A stretch of 64,000 nucleotides of DNA from Geosiphon pyriformis uo1 (taxonomy: Eukaryota > Fungi > Glomeromycota): positions 262,863 to 326,862 of the forward strand of contig JAAOMT010000071.1 of the NCBI GenBank assembly GCA_016748015.1. The letters run 5' to 3'. This document shows, in pieces, positions 52,680-64,000 of this stretch. Below the pieces are notes generated by a model that saw only the letters and a program-made list of their open reading frames with translations, did no database searches and had not been told where the DNA came from. Both the position numbers and the translations under genes were made by a program. Position 1 is the stretch's first letter, and each line of letters opens with the position of its first letter.

Positions 52680-55600
52680 ATGACCTCTGCTGAAACCCAA
52701 AGTCTTCAGTCTGAAAAGAAAAAGAAAAACAAAGCTTTAAAGGGCGACAATGATAAATCACAACCGCTTGAGGTGTGACTTTTCTTTTGTTCGTTTCAAT
52801 ACAAAAATTTTCTCTAACATTTCAAACTTGAACTCTCAGTTCAACCCACCTCCTGAATATATACCTCACCGGATTAAATATTTTGAGGCTTGGAAAGCGG
52901 AATACGACGCAGAAATAAAGAGTTAGGTTTGCATTCAAATGTTTGATAACTTTGTCGTTGAATTTTTCCCAACCTATTCCTTTGCAAATTTATCACATAG
53001 AAAAATCACGTGACTCTATAACCGTTACTTTTCCCGACGCTAATACAAAACCGGCAGTCTCTTGGGAGTCTACGCCTTTAGAAATTGCTAAAGGGATATC
53101 AAAGTCGCTTTCAGAACGGATAGTCATCGCAAAGGTACCCATGAGAAATTATGAAAAAAATTCTTATTTCTTTGAGCGATAAGCCTCTTAATATTAATGA
53201 TTGCTATTTAGGTCGATGGTAATTTATGGGATCTTGAGCGGCCTCTTGAGAAAGATTGTACCCTTGAGTTGTTAGATTTTGATAATGATGAAGGTAAATT
53301 CTCAATCCTTACCTACATTTGTTTTTTGATATGTGATATTGGCTCTAACCGACGGTATCTTTTTATAGCCAAAAAAGTTTTCTGGCATTCTAGTGCGCAC
53401 GTTCTAGGCGAGGCTAGTGAGCGTTATTATGGATGTCACCTTTGCATTGGACCTCCTCTTGATGATGGAGGCTTTTATTATGAAATGGCAATCCAAGAAC
53501 GGTAAGGTATTTTATTAAATGTATTGTTAAATAGTATCACTTAAATCCCTAAAAATCCAAATAAATCATTTAATAATCTCTTTGTAAAGCGTTGTCCATC
53601 AGGGTGATTACCCAGATCTCGAAAAAATTGCAAAAAGTGTTATCGAGGAAAAACAACCATTCGAAAGATTAGTTGTCTCCAAGGAGAATTTATTATTTAT
53701 GTTTAAGGTATTTAGTTTTTGTTTTTTATTACAATTCAAAATTAAATTTCTAATTATAGGTTTTCTTTTTAGCATAACCAATACAAAGTCCATCTCATTA
53801 ATTCCAAAATTCCGGACGGTACTTCTACTACCGTTTATCGTTGTGGTTCATTGATTGATTTGTGTAGGGGGCCACATGTGCCGCACACTGGAAGAATTAA
53901 AGCGTTTTCAATCACTAAGGTATGACTAATATCATTGAATATTTCCTTTGCCAAGTCATATCTGAGTGATTTACCTAAATTATTAGAATTCCGCTTCTTA
54001 CTTTCTTGGTGATGCACAAAATGATTCCTTACAACGGATTTATGGGATCTCTTTTCCCGATGCAAAACAAATGGCTGAGTATAAAAAATTAATTGAAGAA
54101 GCAGCAAAACGTGATCATCGCAAAATTGGCCAGGTATCGTATATTCCCAAAAGTTTTGGGATCAATATTGCTCCGAAACTATATCTTGAGCCTTGAGATT
54201 AATCGTTTTGGCAGGAACAAGAATTGTTCTTTTTTAACCCCGAATATAGCCCAGGAAGTTGTTTCTTTCTTCCAAACGGAACTCGAATATATAACACCCT
54301 TATTGATTTAATAAGAGTAAGTTTATCTTTTTTTCATTAAAGAAATTTATTCTTAGGTTACTATTCATCATAATCCCGTCAATAACAAATTAGGAAGAAT
54401 ATAGGAAACGTGGATTCACAGAAGTGATTTCTCCAAATATGTATAATATAAAACTATGGGAGGAATCGGGACATTGGCAGAACTATGAGGTTGATATTTC
54501 TTAATATCTCTCAGTTTGATATACATTGTTTAATTAAATTATCATTTTGGAATCTAGGAAAATATGTTTTCCTTTGAAGTCGAAAAAGAAAAATTTGCGC
54601 TCAAACCAATGAATTGCCCTGGTCATTGTTTAATGTTCAAACATCGTGAGCGCTCTTATCGTGAACTGCCTATCCGTTTTGCTGATTTTGGTGTTCTCCA
54701 TCGTAATGAGTTGAGTGGTGCTTTGACGGGTTTGACTCGTGTTCGAAGATTCCAACAGGACGACGCACATATTTTTTGCCGGCATGATCAGGCTAGACAT
54801 TTTTTCATATTAAACACTCATCTCTAAACTTATGCTAAAGGTCTCATAATTCGATAGATCAAAGAAGAAATCGCATCATCTCTTGATTTCCTCAGAAAAA
54901 TTTATGGAATATTTGGCTTTACGTTCCATTTGAAGCTTTCCACACGCCCTGAAAAATATTTGGGTACCATCGATGTCTGGGATGAAGCAGAAAAGGTTTG
55001 AGTCTTGCAATATCAAAAAATTACCTATCACCCGACCTTAAAAAATAATTTCAAACTTAAAAGGAATTAGAGCAAAGTCTCAATGATTTCGGCTCCCCTT
55101 GGGAATTTAACCACGGGGATGGTGCTTTTTATGGGCCTAAGGTACAGTGAATTTTTTTGCATGAGCTTTCATGCATACACTTCCCATTTTCTAATCAACC
55201 TAATTGCCGGTACTAGATTGATATTACTTTATCTGATGCTCTCAAAAGGAAACACCAATGTGCTACACTTCAACTTGATTTTCAACTACCAGAACGGTTT
55301 AAACTAGAATATCACACCAACGTTTTGGGTGATTCTCAAAATTATGTTCGCCCAGTCATTATTCATCGTGCCATTTTAGGCTCTGTTGAACGTATGATTG
55401 CTATTTTGACTGAAAATTTTGGTGGAAAATGGTAAATTTAAGTTGTATTTATTTGACTATTTAAATTCTTATATTAATAAAAATTCACGTTCCATCCACT
55501 TTAGGCCATTTTGGATTTCCCCTCGTCAAATTATTGTCATTCCCGTAGCAAATACTTTCAGTAATTATGTCAAAAAGGTAGCAGATGCTTTATTCGGAGC

Positions 55601-55917
55601 AGGTTTCTACGTGGAAACGGATTTGGGAGAAAATACTCTTAATAAAAAGATTCGAAACGCCCAAGTGGCCCAATTCAATTTCATATTTGGTATCTGTTCA
55701 ATTTCCTTTTAAGTTTCAAAAACAAATTTACTTTTACTCATTTGAATTTGCTTCATTCAACGTAGTCGTGGGAGCTGAAGAAGAGAATACAAATTCCGTA
55801 AACATTCGAAATCGTGATGAAGGTGTTAAGGGTAAAACGCAGACAATTCCACTCAAAGAAGCTATAACTAAATTGTTGGTATTGAAAAAAGAGAGACGCT
55901 TAGAGAACAAACTTTAA
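52680..55917 (+). CDS. THS1: Threonyl-tRNA synthetase, multi-exon (possible upstream start at 52467)
   Basis: [77 protein letters not shown], anticodon-binding domain; short introns. Confidence 0.97.
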
Positions 55918-56480
55918 CTACTAAAATTTACCTACTAGTTAAGGATGTACACAATCTGATAAAGCCTTCTTAATTCTAAACAAAAACGCTCTTTATTCTA
56001 ATCCTTGTTTTAAAATTACCGCTTCTTTTTCATGATTGGTATTACTCATCTCAATTTATTGACCAATCAGAAAATCTCTTACTTTTTAATTCCCGAGTGA
56101 TGATAACAATAATGATCTTGGCCTAAAAACGTGCTTCTTGACCTTGGTGCTCCAGAAAGATAAAGTCGAGCATGGGGCATACTAATACTAGATTTTTGAT
56201 CTTTTGTCTGTTGCTCGTTTCTAAATATTAACCACTATCGTATTGTGTATTTCATATAATTGATCAAAGATCCTTGAGAAAAAATACTTCTTGCAATCTC
56301 CCAAAGGAAACTTGGAGAGTCTAAATGGAGATTAGAAGATATTCACTAGCTGTTCAGGAAAGTCTTACTACAGTGATGAAAATAATATTCAAAAGCCTCG
56401 AGATCTCGATTAGCTTAAAAACTATGAAACTCAAAATTCAACAAGCCATCTACACTAAATATCGGTATCTCGAGCACGTA

Positions 56481-58193
56481 TTAGGCTTTAGGGTCAATCT
56501 CTTCGTCTGAATTCTTTGATCCAGGATGTGCAGATTTAAGATGCCTTTGGAGATCATATTCCCTTTTATACCTGTATTGACATCCTTTCACTAAGCATCC
56601 TATTTTCCTTCCAGACTCTTCATAATTGCCGCCAGTGAAATGTTCAATCAGTGAAATCTCGTTGTTGTAAGTGCCTATTTTTTTCCATTGCCTTGGTTTG
56701 GATTGCTAATAAAAAAAGCATATGTCGATATATATAAATTGATATAGAGAAAAGCATTTAAACCTACCTCATGAATTGCTCTTTTATGTTTTTGCATTTC
56801 ATTCTTTGTGGTAAACTTGTATTCGCATTCTGGCCAATCGCACTGAAAAGGTCGAATACGTTGATGAACACGCTGAACATGAGCATTCAAGTTCTTTAAC
56901 TATCAAATTTAAAAAAGGATAAAATTTTACGAGTCCTCATAATCCAAAATTAAGGGAACTTACTAAGGAAAACCACCTACACTATGATAATACCCATCAC
57001 ATCCTTCCCATTCACAAGAAAACATTATGCGATTGGGATCATGAGTTCGAATATGTTTACGCAGACCCGCTGATTTGGTGAACGACTTAAAGCATATAGC
57101 ACAACTCGTAAGGGGTTCATGATCTTGGCGAATGTGGGCTTGCAGCTCAGGATGTTTGATAAATTCTCGTCCACAATTCTCACGCCCACATTGAAAACGA
57201 GGACCCACTAAAATTAAAAGTGCTTTTTATTCTTATTGTTGATATAATAATATGGCTAAAACTTATAGTGTTTACCATTGTGAGAAGTATTTTGATGATT
57301 TTTCAGATGCTGCTTTCTTACGTAGCTTTTTGTGCAACTAGGATAATCACATGCAAAAGGCTTTTGATCAGTGTGATTAGTGAGATGATTTCGAAGTTGA
57401 TACTTTTTGGCAAAAGCTTCACTACATCCCTCAAAAGCACACTTAAAATTTTCAATGATGTATAAAGTCAATAGATAATATTAAAGCAAAAAATGCCTGA
57501 TTACAGAAATTTATGACCTTAAATGGTTTACCAAATTCGTGAATTCTTAAATGGAAATCAAGGCTATGTTGATATTGATAGGCTTTATCACAACCTTGAT
57601 GTGGACATTTCCTTGGTCGTGGATCCTCGCCGTGCATTATTGCATGTTCTTTTAGGTTATGCGGCCGCCTATAAGCTTTATTACAGCCTGAATAAAGGCA
57701 TTTGAAGGGTTTCTATAAAAAAAATATAATTGCTCAGATAAGAGTCATAATACAAAAAGATCGTTTTTAATTTCACCTCTCCCGTGTGCACCATTCGATG
57801 ATATTCTAGTCGCACAGGTTTCGAATAGGTTTTATCACAGCCCTCAAAGGTACACATATATGGTTTCTTATGAACTTCAGCTATTTTCCCATTAACAAGC
57901 CTTATGTCCTGAGAAGTTTTCGTCTCTGAATTTACAATGACTTCTACTTTAGATTCAACAGGAAAACCCAACTGAATCGCTTCATCGAATTCACTCCCGG
58001 AGTCTGTTGTTTCTAATTCGCTTTCATAAGAGAAATCTTGATCGCTAAATAAAATAATCTGGGCGTCGTTTAAACCTTGGGAAGATTCAAGTTCCAATTC
58101 TTCTGAAACATGGTAAATTTCAGCTTTGCGCTTGAGTAGCCCCGGAGTTTCTGACGAGAATTCGACCTTTGTTGTAAGATTGGAATTCAACAT
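56481..58193 (-). CDS. Transcription factor IIIA-like C2H2 zinc-finger protein (9 tandem fingers plus 1 spaced finger), multi-exon
   Basis: CTFEGCDKTYSKPVRLEYHRMVHTGE... nine consecutive fingers, a spacer (LIEHFTGGNY), then CLVKGCQYRYKREYDLQRHLKSAH; matches the fungal TFIIIA (Sfc2/Pzf1-type) layout. Confidence 0.82.
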
Positions 58194-58411
58194 TTTACTG
58201 AAGCTGGCGTTCTGAGATAAAATTTTTTAAATGGATCTTTTCATTGCAACTGTAACACAATTGACATCTGACATCAAAATATTCATCATTCGCAAGATTT
58301 GGATACATGAACAACCAAACAACTTGAATACCAACTTCAAGTGAGGAGTTCTAACAACAGGCGGGCATTTTTAAGTTTAATTTTTACTCCTTAAATAAAC
58401 AAACTTCCAGA
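58194..58411. promoter_or_regulatory. Short bidirectional promoter region
   Basis: Only 218 bp between the divergent start codons. Confidence 0.6.
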
Positions 58412-61400
58412 ATGCCAGACAATGATAATGTTTCTGCCCAAGTTGTAGAAGAAAGTAACTGCGAAAAGGAGGGAGGCATTAATAGTGATATCGCCAATTC
58501 AGAAGAGTATAAATATAATAAAGGAAGACCAGAAGTTGAAGTTGTCTATGGAAAAACTCCTGATGGCAAAGGTATCATTCGAAAATATTCTCTTACGACC
58601 CTTGAGCCATATTATTGATAAATTTGTAATATTAATGGAGTCAAGGTCATCTGTTATTCATATATTTATAAAAGTTGGAAAGAATTTTATAATTATTTCT
58701 GCAGATAGTCTTTCAAATAAAAGAAATAATTCAAATGTTAGCATCATTCATATCTTATGTGGAAAATGCTTCTTCATGATATTTGAGGTTTCCAACTAAG
58801 TTTTTAACTTAAAATCCTTGTTCATTCCCAACGCATCTAATCATCGCTCGGTTTAGCATTTCGTGTACCTCACACCACCGATATGCTAACTGCCGTCTTT
58901 CAACCCAACGTGGAGAAATCCATTTTTGATTATATAACCCTAGTCGTTATTGGGCTTCAACTTTTTTTATTCTTTTTTATTCCTTCATATATCAGACCAT
59001 GGGTTTATCTTTCTTTATTTATCTGCTGGCGGACCGCATATAATTTTGGGTTGGGTATCCTGCTAAAATATCAGAGTGATAAACGTTTTCTCGTTTTATG
59101 GGCTAAACGTAATAAGATATTCGATAAAGAAAAAGGAGGTAAAATATACGCATTTTTGAAGAAAGAATTGAGTACCAAGATGGGCGATGATTATGATTTT
59201 GAGGCAAGCGTAAATTTGACCAAATATCGCAGCTCTGAGTGAAGGTCTTTCAATTTATCGAATTATATGATTTCTTCAAGTTATTTAGGCTGCCCCAATA
59301 GAATTTAACACTTGGCTTCTTTTCCGGGAGCTTGTTGATTTGATTCTTTTGAACGATTTCACATCTTATATCTGCTTCGCCTTGGCCAATTTCCATATTC
59401 CCGAGAATTCTGGTTTTATTCTTAATGTGTTAAGATGGGCTGGTGGATTGTTTATATTTTGGTTTAACATTTGGGTCAAAACCGATGCGCATCGTGTTGT
59501 AAAAGACTTTGCCTGGTGTATGTGTTAAATAGTTGTTTTTTATGCAAAGTTTATTTTTTGATTTTTGATTCCTCTTTCAACATTATTAGATTGGGGTGAC
59601 TTCTTCTTTCTAGTTGATCAGTCGCTAACTTTTGATGGTGTATTTGAGATGGCGCCACATCCCATGTATTCTGTTGGCTATGTGGGCTATTATGGAATTT
59701 CAATGATGATGGCTAGCTATACAGTTTTATTCGTTAGCTTGGCGGCGCATGCGGCACAATTTGCTTTTCTTACCTTCGTTGAAAATCCTCGTAATATCAA
59801 AACTTAACTATAATTGTCTTATGAAATTATCTACCAATCTATGAAACTTAAAATGACTAAATTTTTATACAGATATCGATAAAACGTACAACACACCTAA
59901 ACCACTTAATGGTAGATCACCCAGACCGGCCATTCGCATTTCTGACCAGTCTTGGAATCAATCAGAATTAGAGATCCTATCGCCCATTGCAGGAATTCTT
60001 CCAACTCTTCCTGATATTTCGAATGCTTCGAATTCTCATTTTCGGCGTGATTTGATTGTCTTCAAAAATTTCGACCTTCTTCGCTCTGCGGATTTATTCG
60101 TGATTTTTATCATATTTTACTCAGTTGTTGTACCCCTTTTCATCGCGGGAGCCTCAGAAAATTATGTCAAGTTTTTTTTTATCACTCAATGCTTGGCTTG
60201 GCGGATATTCCATACATATGGATTGGGTAGTGTCCTTTATTTGCAGAGCAAAGACAAATTTTTGACCAAACATTATATAAAATACGGCGGGAGTGCAGGC
60301 GATGCGTTTTCCAATTGGAAGAGGTACGTGAGAATTGTCTCATGCTATATTTTGGCCACTAATTATACTTTCATTTAATCCTCACTTACTTTCCAAGTAT
60401 ATACAATCTTTCTTTGTGCATGAATTACGTCACTTTCTTCTTGGCTGGTTGGAACATGTATCATCTTCCCGAAAATTGGACTTATGGATTGATTTTGTTG
60501 CGTCATACACTCGGAGTCTTGCTTATTGTCTTGCATGTTTGGACCTCTGTCTCGGTTTTTGAAGTTTTAGGGGATTTCGGATGGTTTTATGGTGATTTTT
60601 TCATCGATGAATACCCTATCACTCTATACTATACCGGCATTTATCGATTTTTGAACAATCCCGAGCAAATAATAGGCCATGCGGCTTTTTGGGGTGTAAC
60701 TTTAATGGCAAACAGCTGGGTTATCTTCGGGTTGGCACTTTTTTCTCAAATTTCCAATGTCCTGTTCCTGAGGTACGTTGAAAGCCCGCACATGAAGAAA
60801 TTATATGGTGATAAGATCCGTAAAGAAGCAGGCATTACAAAAACGATCAAACGTGTAAAGACAATAATACCTGGAAAGGTGAAAGATGAGGTTTCAAAAA
60901 TTCGGGAGGCGCATGAAATACAGGTCGTGGAACGTGTGGTCAAAGAAGTTGCAGAGACTATGGAAAAGGTCGTTGAAGATACAGCTGAGGCGGTAGGGGA
61001 TTTTGTAGAAGCTGCAAGGCCCAAGCTTCAAGAAGTAGTTTTAGAAACCAGAAGTTTGTTTAAGAGCTCGAGAGATAAATTTATATATGCGTAAATATTT
61101 TTCTTTGAGGCTCTTTTACCCTTGATTAGCATCCCATTGAATCGGATTTTTTATTTCAGTCGTGTTGCCCAAGACATAGACCTTACAAGATATGCCATTT
61201 CACTCATTCCCCCTGTTGATGAATCAGAAATCTCAAGACTTGTCACACCACCATCTTCGCCTCTGATTGATGGTCCAAGTGTCTTGGAAACTTCCGAAAT
61301 AAATTCTTTAGCCTACGCACTTGGATCTCCTATTCACATAAAATGGTCTGCACCTAAAAATTATTCTTCAAAAGACTGGATTGGTGTATATAAAGTTACC

Positions 61401-62233
61401 GCCAATTCTTCCAAGTTGGTGACAACTGTTTCTAGCAAAGGTCGATATTTTTATATCAAGCCTGAGGAAGAAGAAAGCGAACCAAACTCGACTATTCCTA
61501 CTCAGGTTGATGAGCAATATCATCTGGAGACAGGTAAAATGTGTTTTAAAGGTGATTATTTACCATGGGAGATAGGAACCTATGAATTCAGGTATCATCA
61601 TGATAACAAACATAACGTTATGGCTGTATCTCGACCGTTTGAGATTGTTGGTATGTATCAATAGTTTTAAAATATTGTTTATTTTCAAGATTTTCAGTTA
61701 AATGTTTGAATATTTTATTTTCAAATATAACAGTGAACACCCCTGAAGATCCTTCCGATCTTGCTTCAATGGAGAAAACTATCCTTAATCTTGTTCAAAA
61801 AGCACTTGACTCTGATATTTCTCTTATCCCACACAATACAAGTGATGATTACGTTCTCATGAAAGACATTCATGCAAAGCGTATCGTTTATGGGATCAAA
61901 ATGATGTTCGGTGTAGACTTTGCGTGGGAGGTGGTCGCAGCCGAGGGGAATGTCGGGAGATTAGCTGGAAGAGTAAGTACAATGCTCGCCGTTCTTTTTC
62001 AATTGGCCTAAAATTATCAATTTGAATGCTAATCTTTAATATTACCCCAGGTGTTCAAAGCTCGTCGTGCACTTGCTCCTTTTTTATCTTCACATCAACG
62101 GTTGAAATCCAATGGGAGTATAGCTTCAACAAATTCATCTGCATCAAGTTCTAGAAGCAGTGAAACCAACAACTTTATAAAATATAATCAAAACCAGTTG
62201 GCAACACCTGTTCTCAGTGAGAATGAAATTTAA
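58412..62233 (+). CDS. CHO2: Phosphatidylethanolamine N-methyltransferase, multi-exon
   Basis: [80 protein letters not shown]. Confidence 0.95.
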
Positions 62234-62632
62234 TCGCGAGATGGAATTGAAGTGATTGTTCCCACTACTTGTAGTAATAATATCTTATTGTAAGCTCAAG
62301 ATTTTTCGTCTTTTTGACATTACCATTCCTGAGTTAATTTCTTTATTCATTACATCGACATTATACCAAAACATTTGGGAATCGAATTAGTAGTAAATTA
62401 TATCGTTAGATTCGACACTTTCTATTCATTTAGGCAAGGGAAGTTTTATTTATCCTGAAGTAATTAACATTGATATCTTCTGTTACGTCACGCGACATAT
62501 GGTGCTCCTCTTAGATAGATGATCATAGTGACTCATTGTATGTGGCTGAAAACTAACATTGAAAGGTTCACCCTTCTGATAAACGAGGATAGGTGCTCAA
62601 AACCTTTAGTCGCATGTTCGATTTACTTACAA

Positions 62633-64000
62633 ATGTTTCACGAGTTATTATTGGCTTTGTCTGGTTTATCGGGAGACTTATTCATCCCATATCCCCCTGC
62701 CCCAGAAAATCCAGTGTTATTTAAAATACCGCCAGATTTCCCGTTCTTGCATCAAGCTGAACGGACTTCTCTAGAGCGGTTAGCTATCTTGGGATTTCAT
62801 TATCGCGCTATCGTTATCTTTCTAGATAGTAATCGAGGTAGAAATGTGTCAACTACACCCCGTGGCTCTTTTGTATATGCTTTTTGCAACGCCGTTAACG
62901 ATGCTCTCTCCGACTACAAAAAACTTGTGATCGAGACGGAAAAAAAAGTTTTGAACAAAGATGATACGGGGGGATTTGTATCAATATCACATTTGACCTC
63001 AGTGTTCGCTGTATATCATATAATATTGCCACAATTACATAATCTAGTCAAAGAAATCAACGCCAATTCAGCAAAATACTATGGTGCTGGTGTTCTCAAT
63101 CTTCTAGTTGATCGATGCAATACGGGAGTTCCAGAACTACGAGAAATTATGCTGAAACTTGTACATGCTTGTCACCGTGTTATGTATCAGTATGTGACAT
63201 CTTGGATGGTGTATGGTAACTTGCAGGATATATACAGGGAATTTTTTATTAAGGAAATGACTGTTGAACAGCAGCAATCACAAATAAGTACAAATTTAGA
63301 AGAATTCAGTCAAACACGTTGGCATCAACGCTTTACAATTGATGAATCTTTGATCCCAAAATATATACCAATAAGCACAGCGGAATCGATTCTTTTCGTT
63401 GGAAGGGCGATTGCAACTGTCAGATATGCGAGCAAAACGCATTCACATCAAAACAATAGGATGTTGCCTCGGAACCTTAGCGCAATGCATCTTGAATATC
63501 TATTAAAGCTTTCTTCTAATCCTATTTTTAATCCTCTGGAACTTGAAAACGTAGTGAACACTATCCGTAATAATGTAGCTCAATGGTTATGGCAAGTCGT
63601 ATTAACTGGCGATAAGGTAATTGCATGCTTGGAAAGTTTCAGAAATTACTTTTTACTTGGGCAGGGAGACTTTGCACTTTCTCTCGTGGAACAATTTGAA
63701 AAATTGGCAAATTCAAGATTGAATTCCACAAGAGCTTCATTAATAAAAGAACCAGAATTGAATTCGCTTCTTATCCGTGCTTCAGTGGGTACTCTGGCTG
63801 AGAATGATTTGACACTTGAAAAATTCAAGTTTAAGTTGGGAAATCAGATTGAACAATCAAATTTACAATCCATCAATTTTGATGATATAATGATTGGAAC
63901 TCCTCTCCGATTTGAATATGACATAAATTGGCCGCTAGATTTGTTTGTTACGTCTGAAGATTTGTCCAAGTATGGAACTATGTTTTCCTTTCTAATTTCC
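62633..64000 (+). CDS. Gamma-tubulin complex component 4-like (Spc97/Spc98 family), runs off the window end
   Basis: N-terminus MFHELLLALSG; WMVYGNLQD..EFFI, AESILFVGRA, FRNYFLLGQGDF, WPLDLF; open frame to the window end. Confidence 0.88.
   Translation, partial: MFHELLLALSGLSGDLFIPYPPAPENPVLFKIPPDFPFLHQAERTSLERLAILGFHYRAIVIFLDSNRGRNVSTTPRGSFVYAFCNAVNDALSDYKKLVIETEKKVLNKDDTGGFVSISHLTSVFAVYHIILPQLHNLVKEINANSAKYYGAGVLNLLVDRCNTGVPELREIMLKLVHACHRVMYQYVTSWMVYGNLQDIYREFFIKEMTVEQQQSQISTNLEEFSQTRWHQRFTIDESLIPKYIPISTAESILFVGRAIATVRYASKTHSHQNNRMLPRNLSAMHLEYLLKLSSNPIFNPLELENVVNTIRNNVAQWLWQVVLTGDKVIACLESFRNYFLLGQGDFALSLVEQFEKLANSRLNSTRASLIKEPELNSLLIRASVGTLAENDLTLEKFKFKLGNQIEQSNLQSINFDDIMIGTPLRFEYDINWPLDLFVTSEDLSKYGTMFSFLIS

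Noticed and set aside
56095-56200. GTGATGA C-box in the ThrRS-TFIIIA intergenic region
   Set aside because: No D box at a suitable distance
62515-62582. Possible C/D snoRNA (two CTGA boxes, 9-nt match to the 18S rRNA 3' end)
   Set aside because: Imperfect C box, short guide, no clear terminal stem, and it lies in the GCP4 promoter/5' UTR

Overview
Eukaryotic fungal DNA. The AT-rich sequence, short introns and TE style suggest an early-diverging fungus such as Glomeromycotina (inference). Positions 1-~52,380 are a transposon block. It holds a nested stack of degenerate Ty3/Gypsy LTR retrotransposons: family A (2 copies, A1 and A2), family B (3 copies, B1-B3) and family C (1 fragment). It also holds an old LINE remnant, near-pure AT tracts and a full-length degenerate LINE (APE-RT-RNase H). 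Positions ~52,400-64,000 are gene-dense: threonyl-tRNA synthetase, TFIIIA, CHO2 and a GCP4-like gamma-tubulin complex gene. The most unusual observation is an architecture shared by families A and B. One long ORF encodes Gag-CCHC-protease-[Cys-rich domain]-dUTPase-RT-RNase H and stops right after RNase H. The integrase follows as a separate ORF with its own start codon after a 30-35 nt A-rich spacer, and a conserved ~220-aa ORF3 of unknown function ends at the polypurine tract. All repeats show heavy C>T/G>A mutation that is not restricted to CpG (RIP-like), which ends abruptly at the host genes. Coordinates were counted by eye and may be off by a few bases.
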